DNA from: Candidatus Parcubacteria bacterium
GTDB lineage: Bacteria > Patescibacteriota > Minisyncoccia > Phycocordibacterales > JAKFXT01
DNA length: 35,831 nucleotides
Assembly (NCBI GenBank): GCA_021414235.1
Contig: JAIOOV010000003.1
Span: forward strand, 103,560 to 139,390
Direction of reading: 5' to 3'
The position numbers and the translations under genes are program-made. Of the stretch, positions 15,926-24,984 are shown piece after piece. The stretch's first letter is position 1, and each line of letters opens with the position of its first letter. Below the pieces are notes generated by a model. The model did no database searches. It was not told where the DNA came from and was given only the letters and a program-made list of their open reading frames with translations.

Positions 15926-16819
15926 TCAGCCCCGTAGCGCCTTGATCCTCTCTTCTACCGGAGGATGCGTCATGAAAAGCTTCTCCATGAAGCCGGTCTT
16001 CTGCTCCTCTTCCCCACCAAAAGGATTGGCGATGAAGAGATGAGCCGTAGCGTGATTAGCTCTCTGGAGGGGACGGCCATAGTGACTGATCTTCTGGAGC
16101 GCAGAAGCGAGACCCTCCGGGTAACGGGTAAGGAGCGCGCCGGAAGCATCTGCGAGGAACTCGCGCTTACGGGAGATGGCGAGCTGGATGAGGGTGGCGA
16201 TGATGGGAGCCAATATCGCGAGCGCGATGCCGATGACCATGACAATCGCATTCCCGCGATTGTCATTATCCCGGCTACCTCCGAAGAGATGCGCGCGGAA
16301 GAAGAAATCGGAGACGAGCGTGACGAAGCCTAAGAGCACTACCACTACGGTCATCACCAGAGTGTCGCGATTACCGATATGGGAGAGCTCGTGCGCAATC
16401 ACCCCCTCAAGTTCGTTCTTCTCGAGTATCCGCAGGAGGCCAGTGGTCACTGCCACCGCCGCGTGCTCGGGATTGCGACCAGTAGCGAAAGCGTTCGGAG
16501 AAGGATCCTCGATCACATAGAGCGCCGGCATAGGGATACCTGCGGTGATGGCGAGGTTCTCCACAATCCGCCAGAGCTCGGGATGAGTCTGCATAGAGAC
16601 TGCATGCGCTCCTGCGCTCGCGAGCGCAATCTTGTCGGAGTACCAATAGCTCGCGAAGTTCATCACGAAACTAAAAGCCACAGCCCCATAGAGAATGACG
16701 GGGTTCCCGAAGTAGCCCGAGAGGAACCAGCCGAGGCCTATGACCACGATGAGGAACGTGAGCATGAGGAACCAAGTCTTCCGTATATTGGAGTCCTTGT
16801 GGGTGTAAAGGGTGGCCAT
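15926..16819 (-). CDS. htpX: M48 zinc metalloprotease HtpX
   Basis: PNAFATGR, GVIAHELSHI (HExxH), SRKREFLADA and THPP motifs with TM helices; downstream of lemA. Confidence 0.95.
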   Translation of the reverse strand: MATLYTHKDSNIRKTWFLMLTFLIVVIGLGWFLSGYFGNPVILYGAVAFSFVMNFASYWYSDKIALASAGAHAVSMQTHPELWRIVENLAITAGIPMPALYVIEDPSPNAFATGRNPEHAAVAVTTGLLRILEKNELEGVIAHELSHIGNRDTLVMTVVVVLLGFVTLVSDFFFRAHLFGGSRDNDNRGNAIVMVIGIALAILAPIIATLIQLAISRKREFLADASGALLTRYPEGLASALQKISHYGRPLQRANHATAHLFIANPFGGEEEQKTGFMEKLFMTHPPVEERIKALRG

Positions 16820-16858
16820 CGTTATATGAGCAGACTTTCCCTATCCGCGCGGAGGAAT

Positions 16859-17413
16859 TTAGAAGTTAACCTTCACCGGCTCCGCTGCAGCTGCCTCAGT
16901 GAGTGCGAAGAGTTCCATCTTGCCGAAGTTAAAGATGCCCGCGACGAGATTGGAAGGCACGGACTCCACCATGGTGTTGAGTGCCATCACGTTCTGGTTA
17001 TAGAAGCGGCGAGCAGCCTGCACCTTGTTCTCGGTATCAGAGAGTTCGCGCTGGAGCTCCAGGAAGTTCTGGTTGGCCTTGAGATCGGGATACGCTTCAG
17101 AGACAGCAAAGAGAGACTTGAGCGCGCCGGTGAGCTGATTCTCGGCTGCACCCTTCTCCGCAGTGCCCTGCGCATTCATGGCGACAGTGCGCGCGGTAGT
17201 GATGCGATCAAGCGTAGCCTGCTCGTGCGCGGCGTAGCCCTTGACCGTGTTCACCAGGTTCGGGATGAGATCGTAGCGGCGCTTCAGCTGCACATCGATG
17301 TCGGCCCAGGCTTCCTTGGCGCGGTTCACCAGAGTGACCAGACGGTTGTAGGCGAAGATCACCCAGATTCCGAAAGCGGCGACTATTCCCAGAGTGACAT
17401 ACGTAACAGACAT
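16859..17413 (-). CDS. lemA: LemA family protein
   Basis: YNRLV, WADIDVQLKRRYDLIPNLV, EAYPDLKANQNF, ENKVQAARRFYN. Start moved to ATG 17413. Confidence 0.96.
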   Translation of the reverse strand: MSVTYVTLGIVAAFGIWVIFAYNRLVTLVNRAKEAWADIDVQLKRRYDLIPNLVNTVKGYAAHEQATLDRITTARTVAMNAQGTAEKGAAENQLTGALKSLFAVSEAYPDLKANQNFLELQRELSDTENKVQAARRFYNQNVMALNTMVESVPSNLVAGIFNFGKMELFALTEAAAAEPVKVNF

Positions 17414-17444
17414 ATCAGTTGAATAGAGAGCGATTAATGCGTGT

Positions 17445-17472
17445 ATTATAGCGTTTTTACGTTGAAAGTCAA
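17445..17472 (-). promoter_or_regulatory. Sigma70 promoter of lemA-htpX
   Basis: TTGACT-16 nt-TATAAT. Confidence 0.75.
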
Positions 17473-17485
17473 GGGTTTTTAGCGA

Positions 17486-17513
17486 AAACACCTCACCAAA
17501 AGGCGAGGTGTTT
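17486..17513 (-). terminator. Terminator after groEL
   Basis: On the minus strand AAACACCTCGCC-TTTT-GGTGAGGTGTTT, with the T run overlapping the stem base. Confidence 0.7.
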
Positions 17514-17534
17514 CTCCACTACGAAGAAAATCGT

Positions 17535-19181
17535 TTAGTATTCCATGCCGCCCCGGCCGCCCGCTGCGGGTTCCTCCTTCTTCTCCGGCTCATCCGCAAT
17601 CGCTACCTCAGTAGTAAGGAGGATAGCAGCAGCAGAGGCTGCGTTCTGCACGCAGTTGCGGGTGACTTTCACCGGATCGATGATGCCTGCCGCGAGCATG
17701 TCGGGTACGAACACATCCTTGAGTGCGTCATAGCCTTCATTGCCCTTCCCTCCACGCACACGCTCCACGATGACGGAGCCGTCATCTTTACCGGCATTGA
17801 TGGCGATCTGGCGGAGCGGCATCTCGAGCGCCTTCAGCACGATATTCACGCCCACCGCGAACTCGCTCTCGAAGTAGCCCTGAGACTTGATGCCTTTAGC
17901 ACGCACTTTCTCTGCAGCTTTGACCAGAGCTACGCCGCCTCCTGCGACGATACCTTCGTCGATGGCCGCCTTGGTAGCGTTCACTGCATCCTCGATCTTG
18001 AGCTTGAGGTATTTCATCTCTGTCTCGGTAGCTGCGCCCACCTTGATGACGGCGACGCCGCCAGAGAGCTTGGCGATGCGCTCATCGAGCTTCTCCTTGT
18101 CATATTTAGAATCGGTCTTCTCGCGCTGATTGCGGATGGTCTTGATGCGCGCGTCGATCTCGCTCTTCTTGCCCTTCCCTCCCACGATGGTGAAGGTGTC
18201 CTTAGTGGCGACGAAGCGGCTCGCGCGTCCAAGATGAGAGAGTTCCGCATTCTCGAGCTTGAGCGCAGCGCTCTCGGAAATGACGGTGGCACCGATGGTG
18301 ACCGCGATATCGCCCGCGAATTCCTTGAGGCGCTCGCCGAAGCCAGGAGCTTTAACTGCGAGCACGCTGAAGGCGCCGCGGAGCTTGTTGAGCACGATGG
18401 TGGTGAGCGCTTCGCCATCCACATCCTCGGCGATGATGACGAGTTCCTTCTTACCGCTTGCCGCGACCTTCTCGAGAATGGGCAGCATGTCCTTCACGAA
18501 AGAGATGCGCCCGTCGGTGATGAGGATGAGGGGATCCTTGTACTCCGCCTCCATGCGCTCGCCGTTAGTGACCATATACGGTGAGACGTAGCCGCGATCC
18601 TTAAACTCGAGACCTTCCACGAATTCAGTCTCGATGCCGAAGGACTGGGATTCCTCCACCGTGACCACGCCGTCCTTACCCACGCGATCCACAGTCTCAG
18701 CAATCTTCTGGCCGATCTCTTCGTTTTCTGCAGAGATGGTGGCCACCTGCATGGTCTCTGCCTTGGTCTTGATGGGCTTAGCGATCACCTTGAGCGCGGC
18801 CGTCACTTCCTCCGCTGCCTTCTCGATACCCTGGCGGATGCCCATGGCGTTGATGCCCATAGCCGTCTGCTTGAGGCCTTCGGAGACGATGGCCTGCATG
18901 AGGATGAGGGAGGTAGTGGTGCCATCTCCCGCGATGTCGTTAGTTCTGGTAGCGACTTCCTTGGCGATCTCTGCACCCATATTCTCAAACTTGTCGGAAA
19001 GGGAGATGTCCTTGGCGATGGAGACGCCATCGTTGGTGATCATCGGCGCGCCGTAGCCCTTGTCGAGCACCACATTGCGACCACGCGGGCCCACGGTGAT
19101 CTTGACCGCGTTCGCTACTGCATCCACGCCCCTACGGAGCGCTTCGCGTGCCTTTTCGTTATAGAGGATTTTCTTGGCCAT
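17535..19181 (-). CDS. groL: Chaperonin GroEL
   Basis: VKITVGPRGRNVVLDK, ITNDGVSIAK, AGDGTTT, KAPGFG and GIVAGGG motifs; 548 aa. Confidence 0.99.
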   Translation of the reverse strand: MAKKILYNEKAREALRRGVDAVANAVKITVGPRGRNVVLDKGYGAPMITNDGVSIAKDISLSDKFENMGAEIAKEVATRTNDIAGDGTTTSLILMQAIVSEGLKQTAMGINAMGIRQGIEKAAEEVTAALKVIAKPIKTKAETMQVATISAENEEIGQKIAETVDRVGKDGVVTVEESQSFGIETEFVEGLEFKDRGYVSPYMVTNGERMEAEYKDPLILITDGRISFVKDMLPILEKVAASGKKELVIIAEDVDGEALTTIVLNKLRGAFSVLAVKAPGFGERLKEFAGDIAVTIGATVISESAALKLENAELSHLGRASRFVATKDTFTIVGGKGKKSEIDARIKTIRNQREKTDSKYDKEKLDERIAKLSGGVAVIKVGAATETEMKYLKLKIEDAVNATKAAIDEGIVAGGGVALVKAAEKVRAKGIKSQGYFESEFAVGVNIVLKALEMPLRQIAINAGKDDGSVIVERVRGGKGNEGYDALKDVFVPDMLAAGIIDPVKVTRNCVQNAASAAAILLTTEVAIADEPEKKEEPAAGGRGGMEY

Positions 19182-19199
19182 AGCTTTGTATAAAGAGGA

Positions 19200-19562
19200 T
19201 TAGCTGAGAACGCCGAGGATATCGCCTTCGCGGACGATGAAGTACTCCACTCCATCGATCTTTACCTTCTCGCCCCACTGGAAGAGGACCGTATCCCCCA
19301 CCTTAAGGGTCATGGGGAGGAGATCCCCGTCGTCATAGCGGCCGGGACCTGCCGCGACCACCTCTCCGCGGCGGCTGCTTGCGTCCTTCTCCCCGTTATC
19401 CGGGATGATGATGCCGGCCTCGGTCTTCTTGGTCTCTTCCTTGGCCTGTTCCTTGATGATCACGCGGTCCGCAAGCGGTCGGAGGCCGAAGCTCTGGATG
19501 GCCTCCCTCGCAGCCTTGGCTGCTGGTTTCTTCGGGCTCTTCTTTGAAGCTTTTTTCTTCAT
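19200..19562 (-). CDS. groS: Co-chaperonin GroES with a basic N-terminal extension
   Basis: LRPLADRVII, GIIIPD, GEVVAAGPG, LKVGDTVLF and DILGV motifs; 18 nt upstream of groEL. Confidence 0.97.
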   Translation of the reverse strand: MKKKASKKSPKKPAAKAAREAIQSFGLRPLADRVIIKEQAKEETKKTEAGIIIPDNGEKDASSRRGEVVAAGPGRYDDGDLLPMTLKVGDTVLFQWGEKVKIDGVEYFIVREGDILGVLS

Positions 19563-19608
19563 GATTTTTTAAGGAATTCGTTGATAAATATGGCTTAAAA
19601 GCGCCTGT

Positions 19609-19666
19609 ATAGTAATTGAGCCACTAGGGGGTGTCAATTGCAAAAGGTATAGGTTTCTGCTAGCAT
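19609..19666. promoter_or_regulatory. Back-to-back divergent sigma70 promoters (groES leftward, secG rightward)
   Basis: Minus strand TTGACA(19637-19632)-17 nt-TACTAT(19614-19609). Plus strand TTGCAA(19638-19643)-17 nt-TAGCAT(19661-19666). Confidence 0.7.
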
Positions 19667-19672
19667 TTCCGC

Positions 19673-19903
19673 ATGCAGGTAGTGTCTACGGTCTTGCCGT
19701 ACGTACAGATAGCGCTCGCCGTTCTCCTCGCGAGCTTCATACTTCTCCAACAGCGTGGAGCTGGCCTTGGCGGCGCATTAGGCGGCGGCGATGGCTTCGG
19801 GTACAACACCCGTCGCGGCGCAGAAAAGATCCTCTTTAACGCATCCATCGTTACAGCGGTCTTCTTCGTAGCCTCTACCCTCATCGCACTCATTATTAAG
19901 TAA
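19673..19903 (+). CDS. secG: Preprotein translocase subunit SecG
   Basis: Two TM helices flanking ILLQQRGAGLGGALGG...TRRGAEK. Confidence 0.93.
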   Translation: MQVVSTVLPYVQIALAVLLASFILLQQRGAGLGGALGGGDGFGYNTRRGAEKILFNASIVTAVFFVASTLIALIIK

Positions 19904-19956
19904 TCTACACGGGTCTTCCCCGCTTGCCCGCCCCGTAAGGGTCAGGGCATCTCCTT

Positions 19957-21705
19957 GTGAAAGAACGTTTGCTTACCATTGCCCGTAAACGCTTCCACCT
20001 CCCCAAAGCCGAAGACTGGAAGCGAGCCTATGAACACTTCTCCCTCGCGGAGCGGGTCATTTTCCTCGGGCTCTTCGCGCTCTGCATAGGTGCGCTGCTC
20101 TCCATCCTCGCGGCAATCAATGCATATATCACGGTGGACGTGCCGGTACGAGGCGGAGCGCTCACGGAAGGGATCATCGGCTCTCCGCGCTTCATCAATC
20201 CCCTGCTTGCCGTCTCTGACGCCGACCGCGACATCTCGGCCATCGTCTACTCAGGGCTCCTCCGTGCGACTCCCGAGGGACGCCTGGAGAGCGACCTCGC
20301 AGAGAGCTACACCATCTCGGAAGACGGGCTCACCTACACGTTCAAGCTACGTGAGGATATCCATTTCCATGACGGCTTTCCGGTGACCGCGGAGGACGTT
20401 GAGTTCACCGTGCTGCGCGCACAGGATCCTTCTCTCAAGAGCCCGAAGCGCGCCAACTGGGATTCCGTACAGGTAGAGCGAGTCAACGAACGCGAGATCC
20501 GCTTCATCCTCAAGCAGGCCTATGCACCCTTCCTCGAGAACGCCACCTTGGGTATTCTGCCGAAGCATCTCTGGAAGAACGCTTCTCCGGAAGAGTTCGC
20601 ACTCTCCTTCCTTAATATAGAGCCGGTGGGGAGCGGGCCATATCAAGTAGAGAGTATCGCTCGTAACCCTTCAGGTCTTCCCGAGCGCTACGACCTCTCA
20701 AGTTTTAGCGGCTACGCTCTCGGCGAGCCCTACGTCGCCACCATCTCCTTCCTCTTCTACCCCAACGAGGGAGCAGTCATCGATGCTCTGAAGAAGGGAG
20801 ATATCACGAGCGCCAACAGCTTGCCGCCGGATGAGGCGCTCAAGCTGAAGCTCTCGGACACCGAGATCATACGCACGCCGCTCCCCCGTATTTTCGCGGT
20901 GTTCTTCAACCAGAACCAGAACCCGGTGCTCTTAAACCGCGAAGTACGCGTAGCGCTCGACAAAGCAGTGGACAAGCAGGCCATCATCGACACCGTACTT
21001 CACGGCTTCGGCGTGGTAGCCGGGGGGCCGCTTCCTTCCGGCGTACTCACAAAAGCGAAGACTGCTGCGAGTACGACCGCGAGAGTCGCCGAAGCTCGTG
21101 CACTCTTAGAGGACGCCGGTTGGACCTGGAACGCGGCAGAGGAGGTTCTGGAGAAGCGCAACAAGAAAGCGGTAGAGACGCTCGCCCTCTCCCTCTCCAC
21201 CTCGAACGCACCGGAATTGAAGCAGAGCGCCGAGATGATCAAAGCGGCCTGGGAAGAGCTCGGTGCCAAGGTCACCTTGCAGATATTCGAGACAGGCGAT
21301 CTCAACCAGAACGTCATCCGCCCTCGCCGCTACGACGCGCTCCTCTTCGGGCAGATCATCGGGCGCGACCTGGACCTCTTCGCCTTCTGGCACTCTTCCC
21401 AGCGCAATGACCCAGGACTGAACATCGCGCTCTACACCAATATCAAAGCCGACCGCCTTCTCTCTTCCGCGCGCACTGCAGCAGATCTGCGCGAGCGCCT
21501 CTCGCTCTACCGCTCCGTAGCTACCGAGGTAGAGAAGGATGTACCAGCGGTCTTCCTCTACTCCCCCGACTTCATATATCTCGTGCCGAAAGGACTGAAG
21601 GGAGTGGAGACGGAGCGCCTCACTACACCGTCGGAGCGGTTCCTCGGGGTGGAGAAGTGGTACATCGAGACAGAGAGCGTCTGGCAGTTCCTGACGAAGC
21701 GCTAG
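19957..21705 (+). CDS. Family 5 (peptide/nickel) ABC substrate-binding protein with N-terminal membrane anchor
   Basis: VYSGL, DLAESYTISEDGLTYTFKLR...FHDG.PVTAEDVEFT, PVGSGPY, VRVALDKAVDK. GTG start. Confidence 0.92.
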   Translation: MKERLLTIARKRFHLPKAEDWKRAYEHFSLAERVIFLGLFALCIGALLSILAAINAYITVDVPVRGGALTEGIIGSPRFINPLLAVSDADRDISAIVYSGLLRATPEGRLESDLAESYTISEDGLTYTFKLREDIHFHDGFPVTAEDVEFTVLRAQDPSLKSPKRANWDSVQVERVNEREIRFILKQAYAPFLENATLGILPKHLWKNASPEEFALSFLNIEPVGSGPYQVESIARNPSGLPERYDLSSFSGYALGEPYVATISFLFYPNEGAVIDALKKGDITSANSLPPDEALKLKLSDTEIIRTPLPRIFAVFFNQNQNPVLLNREVRVALDKAVDKQAIIDTVLHGFGVVAGGPLPSGVLTKAKTAASTTARVAEARALLEDAGWTWNAAEEVLEKRNKKAVETLALSLSTSNAPELKQSAEMIKAAWEELGAKVTLQIFETGDLNQNVIRPRRYDALLFGQIIGRDLDLFAFWHSSQRNDPGLNIALYTNIKADRLLSSARTAADLRERLSLYRSVATEVEKDVPAVFLYSPDFIYLVPKGLKGVETERLTTPSERFLGVEKWYIETESVWQFLTKR

Positions 21706-21743
21706 TCCCACATTTTCGTATTAAAAATAATTAATGTAACCGT

Positions 21744-23744
21744 ATGAACGACCAACCGAGAGACCAGCAGCACCCCCCGAGACGCCCGATGCACAGCGGA
21801 GGACACGCGGGCAACCGCGGAAGCGGCCAGCAGGTCGCACACGCAGCCGGCGCGCCACAAGGAGCGCATAACCAGCCACAGGGAATACACCCTGAGCGCA
21901 CAGGTAGCACAGGAGGACGTGGCGGACGAGGAGGACGTGGTCGTGGCGGCATGCGTCGCCCCTTCGGCGGACGCGGGCGCGATCGCCAGACGCACCCTGC
22001 TCCCGACATGACCCCGCAGCGCGATGAGCAGATCACCGAAGCGCACGCAGAGAGCCGCAAGATTCCACCCCCAGGAGACAATATCCGCATCATCCCGATC
22101 GGCGGCGTAGAGGAGATCGGCAAGAATATGACCGTGTTCGAGTACAAGGACGACATCATCGTCGTCGACTGCGGATTCCAGTTCCGCGAGGAAGAGACGC
22201 CGGGCATCGACTACATCCTGCCAAACACCAAGTACCTCGAGGACCGCAAGGACAAGATCCGCGCAGTCATCATCACCCACGGCCACCTCGACCACATCGG
22301 CGCCATCCCCTTCGTCATGCCGAAGATCGGCAATCCCCCGCTCTATTCCCGCATGCTCACCACAGTGATGATCCAGAAGCGCCAAGAGGAGTTCCCTAAC
22401 AATCCCCCCTTCGACATTCGCGTGGTAGAGAAGAACGAACGCGTCACCTTCGGCTCCCTCGCAGTGAGCTTCTTCGCGGTGACCCACACCATCCCTGACT
22501 CCATGGGTCTCATCATCGAGACGCCGCACGGCAACATCGTGCACACCGGCGACCTCAAGGTGGATCATGACGACGGCGTACCGACCAAGGAAGAGGAAGA
22601 GATCTACGCGCGCTTCAAGGATATGAAAGTGCTCGCTCTCCTTGCCGACTCTACGAACACCGAGAACCCCGGCTTCTCCATGCCGGAGCGCGTCGCGCAC
22701 AAAAACATCGAGGAGATCGTCAAGAACGTGAAGGGGCGCCTCATCATCGGCACCTTCGCTTCCCTCCTCGACCGAATCATCCGCATCATCGAGATCGCTG
22801 AGAAGTACAACAAGAAAGTTGTCATCGAGGGACGCAGCATGAAGGTGAACGTAGAGATCGCCCGCTACCTCAAGCTCTTCGAAGCTAAGGAAGAGACCTT
22901 CATCTCCGCCGAGCAGATGGAGCAATATCCTCCGGATCGCATCATCGCCATCTCTACCGGCGCCCAGGCGGACGAGTTCGCCGCACTCTCCCGCATGGCC
23001 ACCAAGAAGCACAAGTACTTCAAGATCACCAAGTTCGATACCATCCTCCTCTCCTCCTCCATCGTGCCCGGCAACGAGCGCGCCGTGCAGAAGTTGAAGG
23101 ACAACCTCGCGCGCCAGGGAGCCAAGATCATCCACTACAAGGTGCAGGACGTGCACGCCTCGGGGCATGCCAATCGCGATGAGATGGCTTGGATCCACAA
23201 GAAGGTGAACCCTCGCTTCTTCATCCCCATCCACGGCTACCACCACATGCTCCGCGTCCACGGCGAGATCGAGCGCTCCTTGGGCATGCCCGAGAGCAAC
23301 ATCGTCATCCCAGACAACGGTATGATCATCGAGATCACCGACAAGGGCGAGAAGATCCGCGTACTCAAGGAGAAGGCTCCTTCCAATCTCGTACTGGTGG
23401 ACGGCTTCTCCGTAGGCGACGTACAGGAAGTAGTCATGCGTGACCGCACACTCCTCTCCAAGGACGGCATGTTCGTGATCATCGCCAGCGTGAACCCGAA
23501 GACCGGCAAGCTCCGCAAGAGCCCGGACATCATCTCCCGCGGTTTCGTGTATCTCCGCGAATCGCAGAACCTCCTCCAGGACGCCCGTAATATCATCAAG
23601 AAGACCATCGAGGACACCACCGCAGGCCAGAATCCTCCGGACCTCGATTACACCAAGACCGTCATCGTGGACAATGTCGGACGCTTCCTCTTCCAGAAGA
23701 CCAACAAGCGACCGCTGGTCATTCCGGTGCTTATAGGGGTATAG
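21744..23744 (+). CDS. rnj: Ribonuclease J with a ~105-aa disordered RGG-rich N-terminus
   Basis: IIPIGGVEEIGKNMT, ITHGHLDHIGA, HTGDLK, LADSTN, HASGHA, PIHG and KRPLVIPV motifs. Confidence 0.97.
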   Translation: MNDQPRDQQHPPRRPMHSGGHAGNRGSGQQVAHAAGAPQGAHNQPQGIHPERTGSTGGRGGRGGRGRGGMRRPFGGRGRDRQTHPAPDMTPQRDEQITEAHAESRKIPPPGDNIRIIPIGGVEEIGKNMTVFEYKDDIIVVDCGFQFREEETPGIDYILPNTKYLEDRKDKIRAVIITHGHLDHIGAIPFVMPKIGNPPLYSRMLTTVMIQKRQEEFPNNPPFDIRVVEKNERVTFGSLAVSFFAVTHTIPDSMGLIIETPHGNIVHTGDLKVDHDDGVPTKEEEEIYARFKDMKVLALLADSTNTENPGFSMPERVAHKNIEEIVKNVKGRLIIGTFASLLDRIIRIIEIAEKYNKKVVIEGRSMKVNVEIARYLKLFEAKEETFISAEQMEQYPPDRIIAISTGAQADEFAALSRMATKKHKYFKITKFDTILLSSSIVPGNERAVQKLKDNLARQGAKIIHYKVQDVHASGHANRDEMAWIHKKVNPRFFIPIHGYHHMLRVHGEIERSLGMPESNIVIPDNGMIIEITDKGEKIRVLKEKAPSNLVLVDGFSVGDVQEVVMRDRTLLSKDGMFVIIASVNPKTGKLRKSPDIISRGFVYLRESQNLLQDARNIIKKTIEDTTAGQNPPDLDYTKTVIVDNVGRFLFQKTNKRPLVIPVLIGV

Positions 23745-23752
23745 CAAGCTAG

Positions 23753-23791
23753 GAAGAATCCCCCGCGCTCTCCGAGCGCGGGGGATTCTTC
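23753..23791 (+). terminator. Terminator after rnj
   Basis: GAAGAATCCCCCGCGCTC-TCC-GAGCGCGGGGGATTCTTC 18-bp stem, then GTTTT. Confidence 0.8.
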
Positions 23792-23817
23792 GTTTTGGGA
23801 TAGGTTATAATACGGCG

Positions 23818-24984
23818 ATGCGCGGCCTCCTCATCGCGACCTACGTCGCGAACTTGTTCCTCTCCTTCCACTACTTTATTCCCGCGTACGTGAACTCCGC
23901 GTACCTCTCCTTCTTCGTAAGGGAGAGCAGCGTCGGCTTCTACTACGCACTCGCCTCTGCCGTCTCTCTCCTTCTCCTGCTCCGCTCCGGTACGCTGCTC
24001 GCCCGTTACGGGAACGCCCGACTTCTCCTCTCCTATGGACTCCTTGATGCACTTGCGGTGGCCCTCCTCGCCTTCAGTTCCAATCCTGCTGCGGTAATTT
24101 TCGGCTTCCTCGCCCACCAGACGCTCGGACCCCTCATCCTCTTCTCTCTTGATCTCTACCTGGAGAAAGCGACCGTGAGCGAGCGCTCCACCGGTACCGT
24201 ACGCGGGACCTACCTCACCATAGCGAACGCCACCCTCATCCTCTCTCCGCTTCTAGCTGCCTTCCTCATCGAAGCCTACGGGGAGCAAGCAGTCTATGCG
24301 GCCGCGCTCATCTTCATCTTCCCTGTCTTAGCACTTGCTGCCACCCTCTTCCGCTCCTTCAATGATCCGCCGTATGGCGCTCTCCAATTCAAAGAAACTC
24401 TGCAGAGAGTCTGGCGAAGCCCTTCTCTGCGAGCCGTCTACGTGGTGAATCTCCTGCTGCAGTTCTTCTACGCCTGGATGGTGGTGTATGCGCCACTCTT
24501 CTTGCGAAGTCTTGGGCTTGGCTGGAGCGAGATTGGTCTCATCTTCAGCATCATGCTGATACCCTTCCTGCTCTTCGAGCTTCCTGTGGGGAAGCTTGCA
24601 GACACCCGGATCAGTGAGCGGCGCATCATCCTCGTCGGACTCTGCTTGATCGGCATATTCAGCCTCCTCTTCGGCCTCTCCGCAACCTATTCCTTCGTCT
24701 GGTTTGCGGGTGTCCTCTTCATGACGCGCGTCGGCGCTTCTTTCGTGGAAGCAGCCAGCGAAAGCTACTTCTTCAAGCAGGTGCAGGGCGGCGACGCTTC
24801 ACTTGTGGCGCTCTTCCGAGCCACTCGCAGCATCTCCTATATCGCAGGACCTCTCTTGGGAGCTCTGCTCCTCTGTTTCGTCTCTCTTCAGGGGCTCTTC
24901 GTGATCCTAGGCTTCATCATGCTTATCGGCATATTCTTCGCGCGCGCTCTCTGTCCGGAAGCCTTAGGAGGCAAGTGCAAGTGA
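23818..24984 (+). CDS. MFS transporter
   Basis: About 12 hydrophobic helices; GTLLARYGNAR and GKLADTRISER loop motifs. Confidence 0.88.
   Translation: MRGLLIATYVANLFLSFHYFIPAYVNSAYLSFFVRESSVGFYYALASAVSLLLLLRSGTLLARYGNARLLLSYGLLDALAVALLAFSSNPAAVIFGFLAHQTLGPLILFSLDLYLEKATVSERSTGTVRGTYLTIANATLILSPLLAAFLIEAYGEQAVYAAALIFIFPVLALAATLFRSFNDPPYGALQFKETLQRVWRSPSLRAVYVVNLLLQFFYAWMVVYAPLFLRSLGLGWSEIGLIFSIMLIPFLLFELPVGKLADTRISERRIILVGLCLIGIFSLLFGLSATYSFVWFAGVLFMTRVGASFVEAASESYFFKQVQGGDASLVALFRATRSISYIAGPLLGALLLCFVSLQGLFVILGFIMLIGIFFARALCPEALGGKCK

Noticed and set aside
19563-19672. CIRCE/HrcA operator upstream of groES
   Set aside because: No TTAGCACTC-N9-GAGTGCTAA or recognisable variant is present.
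19957-21705. Orphan ABC substrate-binding protein without permease or ATPase
   Set aside because: Partners may be elsewhere in the genome, and nothing in the sequence marks it as unusual beyond its N-terminal anchor.
16379-23747. Long antisense ORFs (16379-17422 +, 17508-18584 +, 21702-23747 -; also 10829-11662 -)
   Set aside because: They lie opposite well-conserved genes (htpX/lemA, groEL, rnj, pspC). Strong codon bias removes antisense stops, and the translations have no motifs.
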